Shown here one piece after another: positions 1 to 9,300 of a stretch of DNA of 64,000 nucleotides. Where the stretch lies: the NCBI GenBank assembly GCA_965247115.1, contig CBDFGR010000003.1:672001-736000 (forward strand), read 5' to 3'. The notes beneath the pieces are model-generated. The model was not told the DNA's origin and ran no database searches. It saw only the letters and a program-made list of their open reading frames with translations. Position numbers and translations under genes: made by a program. This stretch comes from Myxococcota bacterium. Lineage in GTDB: Bacteria; Myxococcota_A; UBA9160; SZUA-336. Numbering within the stretch: position 1 is the stretch's first letter; the number at the start of each line of letters is the position of its first letter.

Positions 1-956
1 AGTGTCGACGAGGGTCTCGCGCTCTTCCTCAAGACGCACGCACCAGAGAACTTGTTCAGCACTCGCTGGGAGGCGTTCCTCGCCAAGAAACGGCGCGACG
101 CGCGGCAAGGCCAGATCACGACCCGCCATCTCGGCGAGCTCGAGGGATCGAACGCCGCGGCTACCTCGGGACCCTGCTCGAGCGCTCGATCTACGATCTC
201 GACTACAGTGCGCTCGAGGACTGGCTTGGCTGGCTCCACGATACGAGGCCCGAGCTCTCAGCGAAGACACGCAAATACGCGCTCAGCGCCGTCATGTCAT
301 TCCTGTGCTGGCTCCATCGGCGGCGCGATATCTCGGAGCTGCCCGAGGCGCCGACCATCGTCGTCGGCGAGCACGCGCCCGTGCTGCTTTCGGCTGACGA
401 CCGCGAGAGAATCCTCGCCGCGATCCCCGAGCCGGCTCGCGGTATCTTCCTGGCGCTCGTGCACATGGGACTCAGACCGAGCGAAGCCCGCGTCATGAAC
501 TGGTCGGCCTACCGGGACGGCTACCTCACAGTGGCCCATGCGGCCAAAGATCAGCGGCCCGAGGGGAGGATCGGCGACACGAAGACGCGGAGCGTGCGAC
601 GTCTACCCGTGCATCCCGAGGTGGCCGAGTGGATCGAGAAGCACGTGCGGCGCGAGGATCTGCTCTCCGACCCGCCGCTCTTCCGAAACCCCGAGGGCGC
701 GACTGCATCAAGGCGTTGGAGCCCGTCCGCGATGGGACGCTCGTGGACGCGCGCCCAGATCACGGCTCTCGGACGGATGGTGGCCCCGCTCTACGAAGGC
801 ACCCGGCACAGTTTCGCGACCCTGGCGCTGAACGACGGAGCCGACCAGTACACAGTCGGGAAGTTCCTCGGGCACCGGGACCCGAGGACCACGGAGCGCT
901 ACGCGAAGCTCGCGGACAGCAGTCTCGGGACCGTGTTGCGTCTTCCGAGAGACTGA
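1..956 (+). CDS. Tyrosine recombinase/integrase, 5'-truncated by the window, with an apparent frameshift at ~145
   Basis: Catalytic motifs GLRPSE, DTKT, YEGTRHSFAT, LGH, TTERY. Frame 1 (SVDEGLALFLKTH...HLGELEG) continues in frame 3 as IERRGYLGTLLERSIYDLDYSALEDWLGWL...SAKTRKYALSAVMSF (core-binding domain) if one G is added to GAGGGATC. Confidence 0.9.
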   Translation, partial: CRRGSRALPQDARTRELVQHSLGGVPRQETARRAARPDHDPPSRRARGIERRGYLGTLLERSIYDLDYSALEDWLGWLHDTRPELSAKTRKYALSAVMSFLCWLHRRRDISELPEAPTIVVGEHAPVLLSADDRERILAAIPEPARGIFLALVHMGLRPSEARVMNWSAYRDGYLTVAHAAKDQRPEGRIGDTKTRSVRRLPVHPEVAEWIEKHVRREDLLSDPPLFRNPEGATASRRWSPSAMGRSWTRAQITALGRMVAPLYEGTRHSFATLALNDGADQYTVGKFLGHRDPRTTERYAKLADSSLGTVLRLPRD

Positions 957-1227
957 ACGCCGGCTCTCGCCGCTGGGGCGCCGCCGTCGGATGCGGGGGC
1001 GCTCGAGCGGTGCGGGACCAGGGGCGCAGGCAAGCTGCCGCCGCGGCCTCGTGGCTCCGCACCGAGTTCGGCAAGCTTCTCGAGTGCGTGAACGCACGCG
1101 TCCGCGCCGTGTACTTCGCCCAGAACGGCGTCCACCAGCCGCCGGCGGGCGTCGCGGGCTATCGGTCGCCTAGTGAGAAAGCGCCTGAGCCCGCTCGGTA
1201 GTCCCACCGTGGTAGGGTGAGCAGAGG

Positions 1228-3816
1228 ATGCCCTCCGCGCCCCAGGACAACGTCGGAGCCATCATAGGGTTCGTCAGAGCGCTGCTGCTGACGACGGCGC
1301 TCTTCGGGGGCCTGGGAGCCTGCGCCACACCGGTGACGGATCAGCACTGGATCCGGTTGCGCTCTGAGCACTTCCAAGGCATCAGCAGCGCGGACGCAGA
1401 GACAACTCGCGCGATCACGCGGGAGCTGGAACGGTTCCGCCAAATCGTGATCAGCGTAACGGAGCTCGAGGACATCCAGCCGACGCTACCGACCACGGTG
1501 TACCTCTTTGGAGACGCTCGCACCTTTGCCAGGTTCAGGCCGCGCTCCAACGTCGAGGGGTTCATGGTCCCCGGGCTGCACCGCAACTTCCTCACGGTCA
1601 ACGCCAGCGAAGAAAAGCGAGCGATCCCGATCGCGTTCCACGAGTACGTCCACTTCGTGCTCCGGAACGCGTCGAACGTGACCTATCCGGCCTGGTATGA
1701 CGAGGGCTTCGCGGAGTTTCTCAGCTCCGTCAGGGTCGCCGAACGCCGTGTGCAGCTCGGCGATGTCCCTCACGGCCGCGCCGACTGGCTGATCTACGGA
1801 AACCTCCTCAGTCTACGCCGAATGCTGAGCGCGACGGACATCCTCAGCTGGTCGGATCGCGCACTCGCCATGTTCTACGCGCAGTCGTGGGCTCTCACGC
1901 ACTTTCTCCACCACGGGCACTTCCAGGGGCATCGACAATGGCATAAGGGCCTGGCTGACTACCTTTGGGCGGTCCACAGGGGGGAGGATCCGGAACAGGC
2001 TGTCGAGTCTGCGTTTGGCTCGGATGTCGAGGAGCTCGAGCGCGGGCTCGTTCAGTACATTCGGACCGGAAAGATCCCCATCGTACCGCACCCCTTGGAG
2101 GACACGAGTTCAGACGGGTGGGTTGAGCTCGCCCCGCTCGATAAGCCCGACCAGCTGTATCTTCTCGCCGACCTCGCATTGCACAGCAGCCAGCGGCATG
2201 TGAGCACCGCGCAACAGCTGCTTGAGTCCGCGCTGGAGGCAGACCCGGATCACGCAAAGGCTTGCGCAACTCTCGGGCGGCTCCTCGTCAGCACCGACCC
2301 CGTGAAGGCCGGCGCGCTGGTCGACCGGGCGCTCGAGCTACGGTCCGCCGACCCGGAGGTGCACAGGCTCGCGGGAGATGCGCTGCTCGCACGCGCTTCC
2401 GCGAGCTCGGCCGGATCTCGGTCGGCGAGGTCGCAGCTCATCGATAGCGCGCGATCCCACTACGAGACGAGCCTGGACTTAGACCCGACCCAGGCGGCTT
2501 CGCACGTTGGCTTGGCCCGAATCCAGGGTCAACGTGACCCGGGCGCGGCGATCCGCTCACTCGAAGCCGCTCGGGCACGCGCACCCGGCTACACGCCGCT
2601 CAACCTGGAGCTCGCGGAGCTCTACCTGAAAGCCGACAGGACGGCGGAGGCTCGCGATCTGCTGCGACGCGTGAACTCGCAGCCACACGACGAAGCACTG
2701 AGAGAGGTGGATCAGAGCCGCATCGAGCGGCTGATCCGAGATTCCGGAATCGCGACTCAAGGTGGACGCTCTACACGCCACCTGACGGCGCGGCTGGAGC
2801 TCGAAACCCCTGAAGAGGGACAGGTGATCACGGGGCCGCTCCCCCTCACCGAGTTGTTCGGGAGCGCCGGCCTGTTCGAGACCACGCTTCACGACGTCGT
2901 GATCGCGCTCGACGAGTCCAACAGCACGCTGACGAAGCTGCACCGCGACATAGACGGGGATGGATCCAATGACTCGATCATCGAGGCAGAACTCGCAGCG
3001 GCATACAGGCTGGTCGGGCGGCTCGACCCTCGCACCACGCGGGTCGCGCTCGTAACATTCACCGCCAGCGCACGCGTGCTGGTCCCGCTTGGTCCCCCCT
3101 CGGCGGTCCTCGCGGCCCTGGACGCCTACGAGATCAAGTTCGATCCGACGGGGACGAGCCATGCGATCGCGCTCGCGGTAAGCCTCCAGGAGCTCGTCGA
3201 TCACGCCGATCCCGATGCTCGACGCAAACGCAGCGTGCTGCTCTTGTCCGACGGCCGCCCCACAGCTCCTAGTGTGCCCGCAGCGAGTAGGGACGCGCTT
3301 CGAATCGCACGCTTCTACGGGGAGCACGGGATCCGGATCCACGCGTTCGCCCTCGGGCCGCTTCGCACCGCCGAAACCTATCGGGAGATCGCGGAGGTGA
3401 GCCTGGGCTCCTACGTTTCCCTCGAGGATCCCGGAGACATCGTGGCCAGGCTCGCCGAGGTCCGACTTAGCGGCCTAGAAGCCATAGAGATTCGCAACCA
3501 GACGAACCAGACCGCCGCGCGGGCCGTGCGCGTGTTTCCGGATGGCTCGTTTGACGGTTTTCTGGAGCTTCAGGACGGCCGCAACGAGATCGAGGTCCTT
3601 GCCACGATCCAGGACCGCGAACCGATCATCCAGCACGTCACGCTGCACTACATGCCCGACGCGCTCGAGACTGCGGAGCACGAGGCTACGCTCGAGGAGT
3701 TCCGCGAACGGCTGCGCGAGCGCAGCGTGGAGACCGAGCTCTACCGCGAGACACAGCGAACTCCACCGAGCGCAAGCCCGGACGGCGACCTCTCCATCGA
3801 GATCGATAAGGACTGA
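1228..3816 (+). CDS. Lipoprotein with a gluzincin (HExxH) peptidase-like domain, TPR repeats and a C-terminal vWA domain
   Basis: Lipobox LGAC; HEYVH followed by WYDEGFAEF; TPR-like helices (ALEADPDHA, SLDLDPTQA); MIDAS-like DESNS...T...LLSDG. Confidence 0.75.
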   Translation: MPSAPQDNVGAIIGFVRALLLTTALFGGLGACATPVTDQHWIRLRSEHFQGISSADAETTRAITRELERFRQIVISVTELEDIQPTLPTTVYLFGDARTFARFRPRSNVEGFMVPGLHRNFLTVNASEEKRAIPIAFHEYVHFVLRNASNVTYPAWYDEGFAEFLSSVRVAERRVQLGDVPHGRADWLIYGNLLSLRRMLSATDILSWSDRALAMFYAQSWALTHFLHHGHFQGHRQWHKGLADYLWAVHRGEDPEQAVESAFGSDVEELERGLVQYIRTGKIPIVPHPLEDTSSDGWVELAPLDKPDQLYLLADLALHSSQRHVSTAQQLLESALEADPDHAKACATLGRLLVSTDPVKAGALVDRALELRSADPEVHRLAGDALLARASASSAGSRSARSQLIDSARSHYETSLDLDPTQAASHVGLARIQGQRDPGAAIRSLEAARARAPGYTPLNLELAELYLKADRTAEARDLLRRVNSQPHDEALREVDQSRIERLIRDSGIATQGGRSTRHLTARLELETPEEGQVITGPLPLTELFGSAGLFETTLHDVVIALDESNSTLTKLHRDIDGDGSNDSIIEAELAAAYRLVGRLDPRTTRVALVTFTASARVLVPLGPPSAVLAALDAYEIKFDPTGTSHAIALAVSLQELVDHADPDARRKRSVLLLSDGRPTAPSVPAASRDALRIARFYGEHGIRIHAFALGPLRTAETYREIAEVSLGSYVSLEDPGDIVARLAEVRLSGLEAIEIRNQTNQTAARAVRVFPDGSFDGFLELQDGRNEIEVLATIQDREPIIQHVTLHYMPDALETAEHEATLEEFRERLRERSVETELYRETQRTPPSASPDGDLSIEIDKD

Positions 3817-4055
3817 CGCCGCGAGCCCTGCTACCTTCAGCGCGGGCACCCCTCACAGACCTTGCCGGCCTTCCTTTGGGGACCGTTTAGGCGGGACTCG
3901 ACGCTCCTGTTCTGCGTCGGTGTGCTGAACCTCGGCAGTGCGCCTCCGCTTGCCCGTTAGATACGTTTGTGATGCAGCTGACCAACCTCCTCCCGAGAGC
4001 CCTCGTCCTGTTCGTGTGCGCGTGCTCCACCCCGCTTGGGACTCCTCTCTATCCG

Positions 4056-4688
4056 CTAGGGCGCTAGGTCGATGAGCCTTTCAAGTTCGGCGCGATCTTC
4101 TGAGAGTTGCTGCTCGTCGAGCGGCACCCAAGCGACAGGGAGATCCAGCCCACTGACGAACTCCTGAACGTCGTCTCGCGTGCGAAAGGCGCCGATCCGT
4201 ACACCACGACTCCAAGTGGCGATGCCATGAATATCGATGGGGACGCCCTCCCAAGCGACGAGGACCCTATCGAACGAATAGACCTCTGAAAGACGCTGGA
4301 GACGCGTCCGAACGTCGTCCCTCGGAATCGCAAGAGCAACCCAATAACCGACTTCGGGCTCCCGCACGCTCCGAATTTCGCCCACCCGGACCTCCTTGAT
4401 CTCGCTCCTCTCGATGCTCAGCCGAGGTTTGCTCTCGACGATCGCCGAGAAGGACGCGCCGCCCGGCCCTCTGAATTCGCGTACCTCGCATGCGGGGCAA
4501 TCCGTGAATCTTGGTTGAAACAAACCAAGCGGTCTCTCGTCCTGCTCCTGCGTTACGGCCAGGTAGATATCGAGGCCCGGGTCGTTGGCCGTACATGCGA
4601 AGAGGTTGAGGACCCCAGCGGCACCAAACAGCACGCGAATCAACATTGGTTCGGTGCCGAGAATCTCGACGAACGCCATGTCACGCAT
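4056..4688 (-). CDS. Hypothetical lipoprotein (possible orphan immunity or cassette gene)
   Basis: 210-aa ORF, hydrophobic N-terminus with lipobox LFAC; co-oriented downstream of the RHS gene. Confidence 0.6.
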   Translation of the reverse strand: MRDMAFVEILGTEPMLIRVLFGAAGVLNLFACTANDPGLDIYLAVTQEQDERPLGLFQPRFTDCPACEVREFRGPGGASFSAIVESKPRLSIERSEIKEVRVGEIRSVREPEVGYWVALAIPRDDVRTRLQRLSEVYSFDRVLVAWEGVPIDIHGIATWSRGVRIGAFRTRDDVQEFVSGLDLPVAWVPLDEQQLSEDRAELERLIDLAP

Positions 4689-4851
4689 CGCTCAACGACT
4701 GTTCGGGGCTTCCTGGAGTCGCTCCCCACAACGAGGGCAGCGATTGAGATCAGGTATTCCAAACAACGCGAACTCCCGGCCATCATGACCGAATTCGCGG
4801 AGCGGTGTCGGCTTCCGGCAGTATGGAGGACGTTCTCCCTTGTTGGGCCGC

Positions 4852-5742
4852 TCAGCGCTTGCCGCTGCTTCTGCCCTCGTGCCGTACACCCTCAGCCTTT
4901 TCATCCAATCCCCACTCATCTAGTTGGTCCGAATAGGACTGCAGAGCGGCGGCTCGCTTCTCCTCATCGCCGCTGTCAAGACCTGTAACTATCTGAGCCC
5001 CGTTCATCACACCGCCGTCCAGACCGATCGGGAATATCTCTGGCAGGTAGATGAGGACCCAGGCGTCGAAGGGATCGCTGAGCAACAGACCCTCCCGATA
5101 GCTCGCGGCAGCCTCCTTCCCACGTCCGAGGATGTGGTAGTGATGGCCTATTCGGACCATTGCAACACCTACACCCCCAGGCGTTCCTTTCTGACGCCGC
5201 TCTCCGATCAGCAGCTTCCACGTTACCTCGGCCTGTTCGTGACTACCGAGTTTGTCGTAGGAGAAGGCAAGATCACCAAGAACCGCAGACAAGCTGCGCG
5301 AGCCCTTCCTTCCAGTTCTTGTCTGGAGAGCTACTTCTCGTTCTAGGAGACGAGCGGCTCTCTCAAGCTGCTCTCCAAACAATGCCGAGTGGGCGGCAGC
5401 CTGAAGTGCGTATGCGACGTGTTCCGGGTTACCTGTCTCCTCAGCACGCTGCACTGCAAGATCATAGTACTCGGCAGCCGAACTAAAGTCGGACGCGACC
5501 GTCGCCACAGACCCGCAGTCAACCAGTTCGTACATTGTCGAAGATGAATCTACACAGCTGCGCGCTCGGCCATCTGGCACGACGCGAACGAGTTCCTCAG
5601 CGAGAGCAACCGAGAGTAGGAACGTGAACATCGTTGCCATGCTGAGAATCAGAGTCAGTCGATGCACGAAGGAACTCCTCGCCTGCCCAGTGCGCTGACG
5701 GAACACTTCGAACTTCATCGCATCGCACTTAGGTCCGGTCAC
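4852..5742 (-). CDS. Exported TPR-repeat protein
   Basis: Signal-like segment (MATMFTFLLSVALA); long TPR-type helices (LGDLAFSYDKLGSHEQAE, IGHHYHILGRGKEAAASY); start codon uncertain. Confidence 0.65.
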   Translation of the reverse strand: MTGPKCDAMKFEVFRQRTGQARSSFVHRLTLILSMATMFTFLLSVALAEELVRVVPDGRARSCVDSSSTMYELVDCGSVATVASDFSSAAEYYDLAVQRAEETGNPEHVAYALQAAAHSALFGEQLERAARLLEREVALQTRTGRKGSRSLSAVLGDLAFSYDKLGSHEQAEVTWKLLIGERRQKGTPGGVGVAMVRIGHHYHILGRGKEAAASYREGLLLSDPFDAWVLIYLPEIFPIGLDGGVMNGAQIVTGLDSGDEEKRAAALQSYSDQLDEWGLDEKAEGVRHEGRSSGKR

Positions 5743-5906
5743 CTGGGAATCGGCGACGCTCGACCTCTATCCTGACTGGTCCAGCAGGTGTTCGAATCTG
5801 TACGCGGATCGATCCCTGAACTCCCCAAAGTCAGCCCCGAGCCTCGGAGCTCGCACTCTCGAGCTCCCCCGGGTCGCAGACGGTGGCCCTTCGTCGACGT
5901 GAAAAC

Positions 5907-6365
5907 CTACTCCTCCGCTGGGGGGTTCCAGTTCTCCTCGCCGTAGATCTCTTCAATACTGCTGATGATTCCAGCGGGAGCTCTCCGGTATTGGCCCTTG
6001 GTCGATCGAAAACTTCCCAGGACCAACACGAACTGCCCATCGAACTGACGGGCGTAATCGAGATCAATCTCCCCACCAGTGAATTCGACGACAATCCCGT
6101 TCGGCATCACTGCGTGTTTTGCATCTGACGGCGAGATATAGAGCATCGTCAGTCGAGGCTCAAAGGCGATGACCCCCATGGTGTGAACGAGCTGGCCATC
6201 GTACTGCTCAGGTACGGCAACGAGCCGAACGAGAGAGGTCAACCTAGCAGCACCCTCTGCCAAGGCTGTAGCGGCAACCAAACTGGTCGCAGCCAAGACC
6301 GCCAACGCCCGCAAGACCTGCCTCTCGTTTCCCCCGATAGGTCGCACGAAGATCTCTCTTAGCAC
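5907..6365 (-). CDS. Putative cognate immunity protein of the RHS toxin (exported)
   Basis: ORF begins 10 nt after the RHS stop; signal-peptide-like LAVLAATSLVAATALA; small beta-rich domain (SLVRLVAVPEQYDGQLVHTMG...FDGQFVLVLGSF). Confidence 0.65.
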   Translation of the reverse strand: MLREIFVRPIGGNERQVLRALAVLAATSLVAATALAEGAARLTSLVRLVAVPEQYDGQLVHTMGVIAFEPRLTMLYISPSDAKHAVMPNGIVVEFTGGEIDLDYARQFDGQFVLVLGSFRSTKGQYRRAPAGIISSIEEIYGEENWNPPAEE

Positions 6366-6375
6366 GTGGGTATCC

Positions 6376-9300
6376 TCACTTGCGCCGAGGAAATTCCCGT
6401 GAGCCCGGCCCTCTTAGTGTTTCTCTGATCAATGGCCCCGGACGGGCTGGCTTCGTGATGGACAGTATCCTGCCTCCCGGACTCCGAATGAGTTCCTGGC
6501 CGCCTGCCTTACGTTGCGTCAACGCCCCAATCCGATCCTCGCGGGAGATGCCTTCGCCCCCCCGGGGATGTGTGTGTCCGGCGAGGTCTGCCGTTTTCAG
6601 CCGGTTCTCTGGAAACCTGATCTGCGTCTCCGTTCCGATGAAACTGTCATCAAGCTTGCCGTCTTCTAGGAGGAAACCACGCTCACGAAAGTCGCCCGTG
6701 CCTACCGCATCGTTGTGGAGACGGTCAAGAGTCTGGATTCCAAGGCGTTCCACAGAAGTGAGATCTGGAACGAGTCCAGTCTCCCCCCCACCGCCCCCCG
6801 TGCCGTCCGGCGCCGCCGGGGTCATCCCCTCGCCGTCCGCGGCCGTGGCGATTCCTCCACCCCGGTTTCCTAGGCCGAGCCCCGCCAAGAAGTTCACGAG
6901 ATCCGCGAGGAGACCCGCCCGAGCGGCGTTACGGATTCCCGCGGAGGCTGAGAAGCCCGTGAAGCCGCCGAAACAGCTCGTTACCAGGACGACGGCGAAG
7001 CATCCCCCGACGTTCCCCGTCGGATCGACGAGGGATGTCGGAGCGTTCGATACGTAGGCGTACCGGTTGAGCCCCTGGGAATCGAACGACTGGACAAAAG
7101 AGTCGGGCGAGAGGAAGCGTCCCCACCTCGGGTCGAACATTCGCGCCCCGTAGTCGTAGAAGCCCGCAGCGTCATCCTCCGCCTGTCCTGTAAACCGGTG
7201 GGGGAGGTCGAATGTGCCGCTGTAGTTCACGGACATGCCAAAAGGTGTGTAGTCGCGCTCCTCGACCACGATCCCCAGGAGATTCACCGCGCCGCGGACG
7301 GAACCCTGGTGGTCCGTGATGTGGGCTAGGAGCCGCTCGTGGGTCCCTTGAGGCACCGACCCAGCCGCTCGGACGGGGAGGGTGAGGGTCAACAGCCCGA
7401 AGGCGAGTACACCCACGCCAGGTGCGCTGAGCCAGGCCGGTGGGCGCACTCCGGAACCCTGGACAACGATCCCTACAATCCCGAGAAGCGCGAGCCCGAT
7501 CGCCAGTGCGAGGACGATCTGGCCGGCCAGAGGTAGCCAGGGGCGCAGCCAGCCCGGCCACGAAAACGCCTCAAAAGGGTCCGGGAAATAAAGCGAGGCG
7601 ATGCGCTGGCCGCCCACGATCAAGTACTTGATCGAGACATCCTGAGTCGTGTCGTATTCGAAGTCTTCGCCAACGTAGATGACCTCAGTGGCGTTCGTTC
7701 CGGTGATTTGCTGCCGGACTCTCCGGTCAAAGACATCGTAGTAGTTGGTTGAGTCGTTTGTGGTCGTCTTGTGAAGACGGTTCTGGGCGTTCCAGATGAA
7801 CTGCTCCGATCCGTTCCGGGTCGCTGGATTGCCCCCGAGCTCGGGAACCATCGTCTCCGTGCTCGCGTTCTCCACAAACTCCGTGAGGAAGTGAGGCGCG
7901 TTGCTGTCATCGTACTCCCAAGACCGCGTGTAGCTCCCGGTCGAGGTCTGAGAGAGTAGGTTTCCTAGCGGGTCGTAGGAGTAGTTCCAGGTCTCGAGCT
8001 GGGAGCCCCCCTCCCAAGGTCCGACCGCCTGGGTGAGGCGGCTGAGCCCGTCGTACTGGAAGGAGCGACTTTGCCCGTCGATAGTCTGGTTGGCGAGGCG
8101 CCCGAGGCCATCGACCGTATAGTCGAGGGTCATGTCCGTGTCCGCTGTCGGATCAGCCAGGATCTGAGTCAAGCGGGCTGTGCTGGAATCATAGCTGTAG
8201 CTCAGCGTGAGGACCGACGTTCCTGTTTGGTCGTTGCGATCGCCGATCGAGTAGAACGTCGGGCGTCCCGAGGCGTCGTAGATGGCGGTCCTAATAATCG
8301 GGCGGTTGAAGTATCCACTACTCTCCCGGACCTCGGTGAGCCAGAGACTGTCGTAGTTGTGGTCCCAGATCGCGCCGTCCGGGAAGGTTCGCTGGTCGAT
8401 CCGATCGAGGTGGTCGTACGTGAAGGAGCTGGTGAGCGACCCCGCATATCCGGGCGTGGTCTGCGTTTCTTGCGAGAGACGACCCCCGGCGTCGTAGAGG
8501 AACTGGTAGGTCGTGGTTCCAGACGAGAGGGCTGTCACCGCCTCGATCCGCCCGTAGCTTGAGATGAAGGGGTTCGCGCCGTAGGAGAATCCGGCATCTT
8601 CGGAACCACTCCCGAGCGGCACCATGAGGCGCTTGGACACGCGCTGGAGCTCGTCGTACTCGTAGTCCGAGCCCCTCCCCGCCCCATCGCGTTCCGTGAG
8701 AAGAAGACCGGCATCGTCATATGTGTAGGTCCACGATCCCGAATCTGGATCCAAGAGCTCAGTTCGACGCCCGAGCAGGTCGTACGTGATGAAGGTCTTG
8801 TGGTCCTGGACCGAGCAGTTCGGCGCTAGACCCGCGCACCAGCTCGGGTTGTTCGCGATGGGGTCACGAACCTCGACCAGGCGATCGAGTTCGTCATAGA
8901 AGGCGTCGACGACGAGAGGCGTCCCTAGGGAGACGGCGTTCTCGTAGTTGTAGACAGTATTCAGTCGGCGCCGCCCGTCCCTGATGCGGAGCGTGTACGA
9001 ACGCCTATTGCTCGCAGTGATCGGCCCAAAGAAGACCTCTTCCACGACCGCCCAAGGCGCGTACGACCAGGTCCGAATGGTCGTTCCGTCCTCGCTCAGG
9101 ACGCTCGCAATTCGCCCGATCGCATCGTAGCTCGCAACGCGCGCGAGCGGAGAGAGGTTCGTGCTGAAGTGGGGGATCGTCTCGGTGGCGATCCGGCCGC
9201 GGTCATCGAAGGTCCGGGAGATCAAGACCGTCTTCGAGGAGTCGCCGGGCTGCTCCTCGCGGTATGGGCGGCCAAGTCCATCGAGGAAACTCTTCACCGT

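Noticed and set aside
1..956. Integron integrase IntI explaining the attC-like sites
   Set aside because: I see no IntI-specific insertion before the HxxR region in either recombinase; both look like phage/island-type enzymes
4692..4919. 75-aa ORF with CPRC as an orphan toxin tip
   Set aside because: Overlaps the TPR gene end, has no RHS core remnant, and the interval is better explained as an attC-like spacer
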